Shown here: positions 19,810 to 28,689 of the stretch, piece after piece | Numbering within the stretch: the first letter of the stretch is position 1 | How the letters are laid out: every line of letters begins with the position of its first letter | Virus record (IMG/VR): IMGVR_UViG_2905373006_000003 | Coordinates: 1-64,000 of that record | From: a virus | Taxonomy: Duplodnaviria; Caudoviricetes | Strand: one strand, 5' to 3' | DNA length: 64,000 nucleotides | Position numbers and translations under genes: made by a program | The notes under the pieces: generated by a model | Told to the model about the DNA's origin: nothing | The model's database searches: none | The model's input: the letters and a program-made list of their open reading frames with translations, nothing else

Positions 19810-21207
19810 TCATCTCCTAGTTGTGAAGAAACTGCCTTTTTTCTTCTGATATAAATCGCGTAATGCTTGCGTCATGGCATCCACTGTGTCGTCATGGCCA
19901 GCAAACGGGAATGTAGTAATTTCCTCTACGGTTTCGACAATCCACGGCGCAATATCTTTGTGAGGTAGCCACACATTTCTAGCTTCCCACTCAGCAGTAC
20001 ACGCATGAGCACGAGCAACCTTGCTACCATCTGGCTCGACGGGAATTAACCCTGATACGGTTGATTTGAGAGAGTCGATTACAGCAGGGCCATTGGCTTT
20101 GTCTTCCACCAGCTTACGTCGTCCTTCAGGGAATTTTTCAGCTAACCATTTCACCGATTTTAAGGTTTCAGTAAAGCTCATGCGTTTTCTAATTTGATAC
20201 AGTAGATAAGCGTTTGCGTCTTTCTTGCCCCATACCTGCCCCACCACATAGTCAGTACCGTCACTGTCTTTAAAGGTCATATCCCAACTATGGATAACCT
20301 TATCGAATTTTTCAGGTAGGTCTTTCGGTAGATAGTACTGAGCAAATTCTTCGTGGAAGATTTGACCATCACCCGGCTTAGGTGATTGTTGGTACATTGC
20401 AGACCAAAAGTAATCACCGAGGATTGCTTTTGTCTCAAGGAGTTTGTCGATTGGGTGTAACTCTGGTACCAACGCTTCTCCTTTCTCATTAATGGCAGGG
20501 AATGCAAGCACCTTGGTTTCAGGCGCTTTTTCTTTTAATTGACCAGACAAATCATCAGTTGCCCATCGAGTGGCCATGATAATTTCACCGCTATTTTTTG
20601 ATAAACGGGTCTTAAAGGTCGAAACGTACCAGTTCCAAATTGATTTTTTAACAGTTGGGCTAAGTGCCTCTTTCGAGTTCTTTATCGGGTCATCAATAAT
20701 GCCGAGGTCAACTTTCTTACCCGTTAATGGGCCACCTACCCCCGCACACACATAGCTTCCTTTGTAGTTGGCGATACCGAACTCGTCAGAATTACGTTTA
20801 ACTGCAATGCCGTTTTCAGGCCTATTGCCTAACCAACTTTTAGGAAATAGCACGCGATATTCATCGGACATCATAATGCGCTGAACATCGGTATTCATAT
20901 CACCGGCTAAATCTGAGGAATAAGACAGCGCACCCACACGCATGTTAGGGTATTTTCCAAAGAAATAAGCGGGAAGATAACGAGAAACAATATCAGACTT
21001 ACCGTGTTGTGGCGGTGCCCCTAATATTAATTTAGGGCGCTTACCTGCCATCATATCAATCAAGAACTGGTCGAGCGCATCACATACCGTTTGAGAAAAA
21101 TGGCTTGTAATGTATTCAGGGTTTATATACTGAATAAATTCGTGCAAACTACGTCTAGCTATCTCTCTCCTGACTTCTTCATCAAACAAGTCGAAATTGA
21201 CATCCAT
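19810..21207 (-). CDS. terL: Terminase large subunit (outer phage)
   Basis: Walker A PPQHGKS, IIDDP, nuclease SWD / HDDTVDA. Confidence 0.93.
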   Translation of the reverse strand: MDVNFDLFDEEVRREIARRSLHEFIQYINPEYITSHFSQTVCDALDQFLIDMMAGKRPKLILGAPPQHGKSDIVSRYLPAYFFGKYPNMRVGALSYSSDLAGDMNTDVQRIMMSDEYRVLFPKSWLGNRPENGIAVKRNSDEFGIANYKGSYVCAGVGGPLTGKKVDLGIIDDPIKNSKEALSPTVKKSIWNWYVSTFKTRLSKNSGEIIMATRWATDDLSGQLKEKAPETKVLAFPAINEKGEALVPELHPIDKLLETKAILGDYFWSAMYQQSPKPGDGQIFHEEFAQYYLPKDLPEKFDKVIHSWDMTFKDSDGTDYVVGQVWGKKDANAYLLYQIRKRMSFTETLKSVKWLAEKFPEGRRKLVEDKANGPAVIDSLKSTVSGLIPVEPDGSKVARAHACTAEWEARNVWLPHKDIAPWIVETVEEITTFPFAGHDDTVDAMTQALRDLYQKKKGSFFTTRR

Positions 21208-21405
21208 AGAGATACCTAAAGTGACAAAAATAACCCTTTCATGCCGTAATTGGCACGAAATGATTTTCATGTTTTTGATAACAATTGATTAACAATAAAA
21301 CGGCATTAAAACAGAAAGAAGATTGTTACTTTTAGCGGTTTTGGTTGTGTTTTTAGTTGAGTTTAAAAGTGAAGGGGCGCATTAGAACCATTATGTTAAA
21401 TAGAA

Positions 21406-22146
21406 CTACTTTTCACCCTTTTTTCTCAATTGAAGAAGTTGCTCGAAGCTTAAGTGACTTAAATCTATTCCTGTTGTTTGAATAGGACCACCATCGACAC
21501 CCGTTAATTCCGTCTTGTTCTTCAGCATACCTAAATGCTGTGCAACCATCTTAAGCGCTTCATCTTGATTACGGGTAATAACCTCAACACCAAACTTCCC
21601 TTCTTTCACGCCAGCAAATACTCGACGAGCTGGCCCTGTTAAATCACGCGTATCATGAAAGTACGCACGCCCAATACCAGCACCATTACAACGAGGGCAA
21701 TCAGGATTTGGATCTAATGTTTCATCGTAACCGTAGCCACCCACATCTTGTGGAGGCGGTTTATTGGCTGTAAGCGCTTTCTTAATAGCGTCTTCAAACT
21801 CTATTGAATCACGCCATTGGTAATTGAAACCAAAGCCCCAACAATGACGACAACATAATCGACGGTATTCGGTCAGCTCGTTAACGTCTGCAGTTGCAAT
21901 ATCCCACCATATTTTTAATACGGCATCTTGGGTTATCTCTGTTCTGCGTTCCCGTTCTGCTAATGCGTCGGTGATTGCCCGATTAACCTTAACATTTCTA
22001 TACATCCGACTTGCGCTTGCGTATGCCGTATTTCCTTCACATTTACCACCAGCACGCTTATATGCAGCAGTCCTATTTAGGTCAATAAGGTATTCATTAA
22101 CGAATTTAGCCTGTAACTCAGTAAGCCCGTAATTGCGCAGACTAAA
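21406..22146 (-). pseudogene. terS: Terminase small subunit, C-terminal part (split by the transposable phage)
   Basis: Reads FSLRNYGLTELQAKFVNEYLIDLNRTAAYKRAG..., the TerS HTH motif, in frame with ORF 22005-21406. Confidence 0.93.
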
Positions 22147-22190
22147 TGATGCGCCGCGCGATAAATCACCCCATATCCGTGAGATAAATG
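22147..22190 (+). repeat. Left end: two GATAAAT transposase-binding repeats, 23-bp period
   Basis: TGAT...GATAAAT...ATCCGTGAGATAAATG, inverted copy of the right end. Confidence 0.85.
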
Positions 22191-22318
22191 ATACCGTTGC
22201 GGCGTTCCAATATTTGCAAAAGAATTACAATTTCATATATCAATTCTTTCTTAAACGGTCTATCAGAAAGTATCAATATCAAAAATACCTCTTCTGCATA
22301 GCCAGAGTCTGAAATGGG

Positions 22319-22939
22319 TTATTCTGGCTTTTGAGGCCATTCGATATCAGTAGTGCTGGAAGCATCAACACGATTTAACAGAACTCGGTATTTTTTCCAT
22401 TTTTGCAGTGCGACAACCTCTTCTTCTGTGGCTAGATCAACATCAACAGCTTCTTGCAAATACGCGATTGTATTACCTGCTTCATCTAAGCGTCGTGACT
22501 TCTCCTGCTCAATCTGTGTAATGAGTGCCGCTTTTTGGGCTTCTGTGTCAACAATCCATTTCTTACCATCCCATTTATCAAACTCACTATTCGGTTTTAA
22601 CAATGTGAGAGATTCAGGCAATGCCCCCATAAAATCAATGATGATAGGTTGCTTTGTTTGCGTATTGTAGGCGGTTAAATCTCGGTAATCGTCAACAATT
22701 TCCCACGCACTGCCATCTTCTCTACGCCTAACGGCTTGATTTTCTTTTTCGGGTAATGGTGGCTCATCTAAATAAGCACCCGCAGATAATGAAACATCAA
22801 ACATGACATATTCCATAGTTGATCCCATGTATTCGCGTGTTACAGGATTAGCAAGATAACACTTAACCCATCCTGTCACGCTGGCCAGACCGTTATCACC
22901 AATTTTTCCTTTTTGGATATTGACGTTATATTTTTGCAT
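22319..22939 (-). CDS. Tail fibre assembly chaperone (Tfa-like)
   Basis: FDKWDGKKW, WKKYRVLLNRVD, IEWPQKP motifs. Confidence 0.92.
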   Translation of the reverse strand: MQKYNVNIQKGKIGDNGLASVTGWVKCYLANPVTREYMGSTMEYVMFDVSLSAGAYLDEPPLPEKENQAVRRREDGSAWEIVDDYRDLTAYNTQTKQPIIIDFMGALPESLTLLKPNSEFDKWDGKKWIVDTEAQKAALITQIEQEKSRRLDEAGNTIAYLQEAVDVDLATEEEVVALQKWKKYRVLLNRVDASSTTDIEWPQKPE

Positions 22940-23784
22940 TATTTAGCCCTCACGATATATAAAAAAGCGATATTTCGCGGACGCGTTTCATTAGCACCTT
23001 CATCATTACTTGCAGTGCTAATCGTTACCGAAAAACCACTGCCTACCGGATATTCATAATTTACTATAGGGGTATTACCGAATTGCTGACTGAGAATACG
23101 TCTGCCTGTATCCACACCACGACCATTATCCCAGCCACGAATAAATTCACCGCGTAAATCGGGTAATTTTCCTAAAGGATACGCAACGGCAAGTTTTGGG
23201 TATGTTGCCTTATTAAAGGTTTGCCCTTGACAAATTAGATAACCAGAAGGTGCTGTAGGTGATGGCCAGGGTATAGGTGAGCCGACAGGATAATTATCAA
23301 CACACTCAGCATCTGAGGCTAACACAACGGTGCCCGACTTGTCCGGAAAGCTGTAATAGTTCCATTTATTGTTATGTTTTAATGCTAGGGATTTGTCTAT
23401 GCCGGGTTTGAGTGTCAGCCCTGCCTCATTATCGGCACCACGAACAGAAAGCAGTGTTTTAACGCCGATACTTCCCTGAAAATCCTGATGCCTCACATGT
23501 GTCAGGTAAGCGACACTGTTTTTATCCGGGAATTTACCGTCAGACTCTTCTTTAGTATATGACTCTCCTTTCCGGGCATACTGTGTATGCGGATTAGCCG
23601 CTTTGAGATGCTCTGACAGCTCATTTTTCTGACCTTCAGCCTGTTTTTTTAAATAATTCGTCCGGTTGGCCAGTTGTTCTGCCTGCCGGTTGGCGATACC
23701 TCCCGGCCCACCTAATACCGGGTCTGAGACTTCAAGCTGATAAATACCGTCTTCCCAGACAGCGGATTCGTTAAGTGTTGCCAT
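22939..23784 (-). CDS. Tail fibre protein with tail-collar domain
   Basis: QLANRT N-terminus, YPVGSPIPWP...LPDLRGEFIRGWD, ETRPRNIAF. Confidence 0.92.
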   Translation of the reverse strand: MATLNESAVWEDGIYQLEVSDPVLGGPGGIANRQAEQLANRTNYLKKQAEGQKNELSEHLKAANPHTQYARKGESYTKEESDGKFPDKNSVAYLTHVRHQDFQGSIGVKTLLSVRGADNEAGLTLKPGIDKSLALKHNNKWNYYSFPDKSGTVVLASDAECVDNYPVGSPIPWPSPTAPSGYLICQGQTFNKATYPKLAVAYPLGKLPDLRGEFIRGWDNGRGVDTGRRILSQQFGNTPIVNYEYPVGSGFSVTISTASNDEGANETRPRNIAFLYIVRAK

Positions 23785-24365
23785 TACTGATGACTCCCGT
23801 AGTTATAATTACCGTCAAAATGCGCCTCTGCGTTATACCGGACAGGAACAGCCTGATAATCTAGGCTGATAAGGTGACAGCGGGCCGGGGCAAAAAAGGA
23901 CAGTACGCGGCGTAACAGTCTTGCCTGATCATTGGTGATGGGCCGCTGCAGTATCACCCGGTAAACCGCCCAGGCACGCTTGTCCCCGTAAAGGTAATGG
24001 CCGTTAAACGTTCCCTGACCGTCATACTGTAATCCACCCAGTCCTTCGATTAACTCCACCTCACCAAAGCCAAAACGCCGGATGACTTCCCGGATTGACC
24101 ATGGCGTACCTTTATAACGGTGTAATTCAATGGCTGACTTGATGAGTGTGCGGCGGACGTCGTCGGACTCAGCCAGCTCCCAGCCATCGCCGAACAGTGA
24201 AAACTGCTCACCCAGCCATGGCAGCGCGGAACTGTCGACGATATCGGTGAGACAGATCATCAGGGTACTCAGGTCGATACGATTCAGACGTTCTGCCAGC
24301 CTGCCCAGTGACCGGAACCGGATATCGCCTTCCAGCGGCGGCGGAAGCTGAAGGGGATCAGTCAT
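23784..24365 (-). CDS. P2 gpI-like tail/baseplate protein
   Basis: LPWL, HRYKGT, APARCHL motifs. Confidence 0.88.
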   Translation of the reverse strand: MTDPLQLPPPLEGDIRFRSLGRLAERLNRIDLSTLMICLTDIVDSSALPWLGEQFSLFGDGWELAESDDVRRTLIKSAIELHRYKGTPWSIREVIRRFGFGEVELIEGLGGLQYDGQGTFNGHYLYGDKRAWAVYRVILQRPITNDQARLLRRVLSFFAPARCHLISLDYQAVPVRYNAEAHFDGNYNYGSHQ

Positions 24366-25461
24366 CAGCCACTCCGGTCATATTGAGGGTGATACCGGTA
24401 CAGTTAGCCCATTCATTTTCAGCAACGACCAGCAACGCCGGGCTTATCAGTTCAACCTGATAAACACCGGCAACAGACAGCTCACTGATAATCTGACTCG
24501 GGACAATATCGCGCCCCAGAACTGCCCTGCGGGCAGCCACCCAGTTCTGAATAGCCTTGTTTGCATGCACTTTTACCGAGGCGGCATCCTGATCACGATA
24601 GACAGTGATATTGGCCACAATGTCATAATCCACCAGTACGGGTGGTTTCGCCTGTACCGTATCGGTCAGCGGCCTGATTTTTTCATCTGAACAAAAACTC
24701 TCGACCAGCGTCAGAATACTGTCATCCGGCAGACCGGTACTGAGCAACGGATATAATTCCACCGTACCGGGAAACGGTGAAAGCACAGCGACATCCACCA
24801 CATTGGGATGCGCCTGCATGGCATGGAAACGGTAAGCCATTTTGCTTCCGGCATTAGTGAACGATTCCGGTGCCAGCTTGATACGCTCACGGAGCCTGTC
24901 GTTATCTTCCTGCTCTGAACCGCCGGAACTGGCCGTCAGGTTCGTCACCTGTAAATCGATATCCCCGATATCATCCAGTAACTGGCTGATTTGTGCCGGT
25001 TGCCAGTTATTTCCGTTTATTCCCGGCTCAGTACAGGTGGCCCGGGTGTTAACCAACAGTAATCCGGCCTTCAGCACCACATCGGTATCCGTTGCAAAAA
25101 TTATGCTGTCTGACGCACTGACGCGGGTGCCTGCGGGTATCAGGACATCCCTGGTCAGTGCTGTATCCACGGAAAACTGAAGCAGAGTCGAAGCCGGTTG
25201 TGGCGCGAGGCGGTAAACCCCCACCAGTTCGCCCAGAAAATCAATCATCGGCTCCCGGGCAAAGGCCACCAGATTTTGTTTGGCCGCCTCCTGAATCGCA
25301 ACACGGATCAGCATCTCTCGGTAAGCCCACAAATTAATCAGCAGGCGTTCTGCCTGAGCCGGATATAAGGTTTTTCCGGTATCACGCTCATACTGTGCAA
25401 TCATTTCAGCCGTAATTTTATCGGCATCACGTTCAATAAAATCAGGTTCTGTTAACGCCAT
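24358..25461 (-). CDS. Baseplate J protein
   Basis: AG...AYRFHA, IRPLTDTV motifs. Confidence 0.9.
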   Translation of the reverse strand: MALTEPDFIERDADKITAEMIAQYERDTGKTLYPAQAERLLINLWAYREMLIRVAIQEAAKQNLVAFAREPMIDFLGELVGVYRLAPQPASTLLQFSVDTALTRDVLIPAGTRVSASDSIIFATDTDVVLKAGLLLVNTRATCTEPGINGNNWQPAQISQLLDDIGDIDLQVTNLTASSGGSEQEDNDRLRERIKLAPESFTNAGSKMAYRFHAMQAHPNVVDVAVLSPFPGTVELYPLLSTGLPDDSILTLVESFCSDEKIRPLTDTVQAKPPVLVDYDIVANITVYRDQDAASVKVHANKAIQNWVAARRAVLGRDIVPSQIISELSVAGVYQVELISPALLVVAENEWANCTGITLNMTGVADD

Positions 25462-25799
25462 AGCAACTCCTGCATTTGAGTTTCCCCGTCATTCCCTTTC
25501 CAGCTCACACAAAGTGTAAGATGCTCACCGTCAATGAGGGGTTTCACTGACACAAGCTGACAGCGTGGCTCCCAGCGACGGATGGCATCAACAGACTCAC
25601 GCACCACATGGGGAATGGCCCGGTCAACCGGCCAGTCGATATACCGGTGCAGATCCGTACCGAACTCAGAGCGGTGCGGGTCACTGCCCCGGGGCGTTCG
25701 CAGGATAATCTGAATGGACTGCCGGATATCCTCCGGCCCCCGGACGATTTCGCCGGGAGCCTGCAGAGCCGGTTGCCAGAATACAGGGGTTGTTTTCAT
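25452..25799 (-). CDS. Baseplate gpW/gp25 protein
   Basis: ILRTPRGS...FG, WEPR motifs. Confidence 0.9.
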   Translation of the reverse strand: MKTTPVFWQPALQAPGEIVRGPEDIRQSIQIILRTPRGSDPHRSEFGTDLHRYIDWPVDRAIPHVVRESVDAIRRWEPRCQLVSVKPLIDGEHLTLCVSWKGNDGETQMQELLWR

Positions 25800-25805
25800 G
25801 GGGGC

Positions 25806-25850
25806 AGTATTACCCCGGACATGCGGGAGGGATATTAAAGGGGTTTAAAA
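25806..25850 (-). promoter_or_regulatory. Putative activator-dependent late promoter (baseplate/fibre operon)
   Basis: TTTAAA-CCCCT-TTAATA, 21 nt, AATACT. Confidence 0.7.
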
Positions 25851-25854
25851 AGAC

Positions 25855-26451
25855 TCAGTGGCCATGATGATTCGAGTTAGGGCCATCCGATAACATGCTG
25901 CCGGTTGAGTGGACATTACCGTTAACTTCCACATTCCCCTGAATACTGGCAGCAGCACCATTTCCGCCGGAGCCTGCCATGCCCCCCTCATAAGTGAGTT
26001 TACCGCCGACCAGAAGATTGCCGGTGATTTCGGTTTCCGGTGCATTGATGGTGACTTTCGGGGTTTTGACGGTGACATCCGCCTGACATTCAATTCGGAT
26101 ATGCTCAATACCGCCCCGGATAGTCAGCGTGTGTGTGTCCCTGTTGTAGCTGAATTCAGCCCCATCAGCATACACGGTGCCCCGGACATTTTTGTCACTG
26201 AATGGCGGTTTATCCACACTGGAGTAAACGGCCCCCAGGATAACACCGTCCTCACCATTTGCATCCAGCAGCACCTCCACCTGCTCACCGATATCAGGCA
26301 ACCAGTAATCCTTGTTATTCTGGGTATTGCGCTGCAGCACATTCAGCCAGTGTGTGCGCAGATTATCGCATTCCGGCAGACGAACACGGGCCTGAACCTT
26401 ATCGGCATCCACGGCACTGACAGTACCGACCTGACGGGTTACAGTGGCCAT
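25855..26451 (-). CDS. Baseplate spike gpV
   Basis: PDIGEQV, GVILG, C-terminal HHGH. Confidence 0.9.
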   Translation of the reverse strand: MATVTRQVGTVSAVDADKVQARVRLPECDNLRTHWLNVLQRNTQNNKDYWLPDIGEQVEVLLDANGEDGVILGAVYSSVDKPPFSDKNVRGTVYADGAEFSYNRDTHTLTIRGGIEHIRIECQADVTVKTPKVTINAPETEITGNLLVGGKLTYEGGMAGSGGNGAAASIQGNVEVNGNVHSTGSMLSDGPNSNHHGH

Positions 26452-27605
26452 TATTTTTTCTCCTTTATCACCGTTGAGGTGGTGCCATCCGCTTTATACA
26501 CCGTCAGCGTCTGTGTTTTTGCCGGTTTTCCCCGTTGGCGGCGGGTTCGGGTTACCGGGCCTCTGGCCACTTCCAGTTCAGTGGTATAGCCGCTGCTCCG
26601 CTCAAACATATGCCGGGCTGATGTTATCAGCCAGTCCCCGGATAACTGCCCGAAACCGGATAATTCAATTTTATTACCGGCGGTCAATTGCGGCGTCCCT
26701 GCGAGAGTCAGTGAGCCGTTCTGCTGATATTCGTTATTTTTTGCCAGTGCCGAATCTGCCTTTATCCGAGCACTTTCCGGGTCACCGGCGCGACTGTTGA
26801 CCTTCAGTGTGTCTGCGCTGACGGTTTTTCCCCCGCTGAGTTGTTTATCACTCTCACGGGTTCCTCCGTCAGCCTCATAGACAATTAATTTTTTCTCTTT
26901 ACTGTTCTGGTGTTTGACTTTTGCAGACTGGTAAATCCGGTTGATGGTATCACGCAGGGAAAAACGGGCGATATCCTGCGGTGTCAGTTGTCTGACCGGC
27001 TCCTGACTGCGCAGAGAGGTCAGGTGAGAAAAAATCAGCCGGTCACTGACAATTTTCACGGCATAACCATATTCACCGGCCAGGCGGCGCAAAAATCCCA
27101 CATCCGTTTCCGCATACTGTGTAATCCGATCAATTTTGACAGGCTCAATGGTGCCGACCAGTTTCAGCTGATGTTTTTTGGCAATGCGTCCGGCAATGGC
27201 GGCCAGTGTGGTGTTTTCAAAACCCCGGCTGGATTTTGTCCGCAGCGCCTGATTCACCGAGGCAGCCACACCTCTGACGGACACAACCGAAGGGGGGGCA
27301 CTGACCTCGATTTCATCAATGGAGAATGTGCCGCAGGACAGCAATGTTTCGCCTTTATAGCCCATTTTCAGCGTGAGCGTGTCACCTTTTCCCGGATACC
27401 ATTTATCCAGCCAGCGACCGTCCGAATCCTCCAACTCCACTTCAATGGTGTCCGATTCACTTTTGATGTTATCGGTGTAAGTGACGCGTGTGACATACGG
27501 TGCAATATCGGTGGTGATATTTTTCTGAAGATACCACAGCGTAAATACCGGACTCAGGACATCCGTGACGCCGGTATTTACCGGCAGGGTGTTTATCTCA
27601 GCCAT
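26451..27605 (-). CDS. gpD-like baseplate hub (late control D family)
   Basis: QYAETDVGFLRRLA motif. Confidence 0.9.
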   Translation of the reverse strand: MAEINTLPVNTGVTDVLSPVFTLWYLQKNITTDIAPYVTRVTYTDNIKSESDTIEVELEDSDGRWLDKWYPGKGDTLTLKMGYKGETLLSCGTFSIDEIEVSAPPSVVSVRGVAASVNQALRTKSSRGFENTTLAAIAGRIAKKHQLKLVGTIEPVKIDRITQYAETDVGFLRRLAGEYGYAVKIVSDRLIFSHLTSLRSQEPVRQLTPQDIARFSLRDTINRIYQSAKVKHQNSKEKKLIVYEADGGTRESDKQLSGGKTVSADTLKVNSRAGDPESARIKADSALAKNNEYQQNGSLTLAGTPQLTAGNKIELSGFGQLSGDWLITSARHMFERSSGYTTELEVARGPVTRTRRQRGKPAKTQTLTVYKADGTTSTVIKEKK

Positions 27606-27808
27606 GGTGCGATATCCTCCTCAGTACCTGCCTCTCCGGCATCGATGACAGGGATGAGCAGCACCAGTCCGGAAGGCAACACCGGCGTGATGGCAATGTG
27701 TGGATTCGCCGCAATAATCCGGGGGTAGCCCAGCGGGTCACCATAATATTGCTGGGCAAGTGTATCCCAGCGTTCCCCGTGACGGGTGATATGTTCAATA
27801 AACATCAC
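27593..27808 (-). CDS. Tail protein X (LysM-like)
   Basis: GERWD.LA..YYG, ANP motifs. Confidence 0.88.
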   Translation of the reverse strand: MMFIEHITRHGERWDTLAQQYYGDPLGYPRIIAANPHIAITPVLPSGLVLLIPVIDAGEAGTEEDIAPWLR

Positions 27809-28689
27809 ACGCTCCTTACCGTAATTCCGGCAGCCATTTTGCTTAATGCCGGGGATATCCGGGTCAGTACCGTCGTCGCTGACCCCAGCTGACCGGAAAC
27901 CCCGTCCAGTACTGCGGCAATATTTTTACTGTTTGTGCTGTTCAGTGACGACCGGGCCTGCTGCACATACGACACCGCCTCACTGCCTGCCCGGGCCAGC
28001 GTGGCAGCATCAGGCATGACCGCTGAAAGTGAACGGAAAGCCGGTACACTGTTTCCCAGTGCGTTAGACATATTCCCCAGATGACTCATCAGCCCCGGGA
28101 CACGAGTCAGTGCAACAGCCGGATTGTTCTTCATTTTCTGGGCTATCCGGACAGCACTGACCGTTGTCTGAAGCACCGACTGTGCCTGCCGGGTATAATT
28201 CACACCGTCACGGACAAGCTTTGCGATACCGGACGGTTTCGGCACAGCGCCGGAAAGCGTGCTGACACCGGGTACCTGAGTACGTATGGCGGGCGGTTTC
28301 AGCGGGTTTTTCGGGTCTCCGGTATACTCACGCAACGACACGGTGGCATTCATGGCCAGCACATTCCCGGTACTGTCGGTCTGCTCGCTGACAGCGGTAA
28401 TATCGGTAATGACAAACCAGCCCCGGTAATCCCCGTTGCCGAAAACCAGCGCCAGCGCCTGATGTGCCTTCATTGCCGTACGCAACCGGGTCAGTTCGGT
28501 ATCCGGAACACAATAATGCTGATGAAACACCAGCGCGATTTGGATCTCATCCAGTCGGTCACCGATAAACTGTAATCCGGGTTTGCCTTCGATACGGGCA
28601 TGTTCGGCATAATCGACACCGGACGTCATTTCGAAGCCGTCCCAGTACGTGATCAGTTCAAATTCAATATTACCCAGTACCGCAAACAT
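27805..28689 (-). CDS. gpU-like tail protein
   Basis: MFAVLG, KP.LQFIG motifs. Confidence 0.85.
   Translation of the reverse strand: MFAVLGNIEFELITYWDGFEMTSGVDYAEHARIEGKPGLQFIGDRLDEIQIALVFHQHYCVPDTELTRLRTAMKAHQALALVFGNGDYRGWFVITDITAVSEQTDSTGNVLAMNATVSLREYTGDPKNPLKPPAIRTQVPGVSTLSGAVPKPSGIAKLVRDGVNYTRQAQSVLQTTVSAVRIAQKMKNNPAVALTRVPGLMSHLGNMSNALGNSVPAFRSLSAVMPDAATLARAGSEAVSYVQQARSSLNSTNSKNIAAVLDGVSGQLGSATTVLTRISPALSKMAAGITVRSV

Noticed and set aside
22200-23800. Mu-type invertible G segment with gin and mom
   Set aside because: No invertase, no inverted crossover sites and no second fibre cassette.
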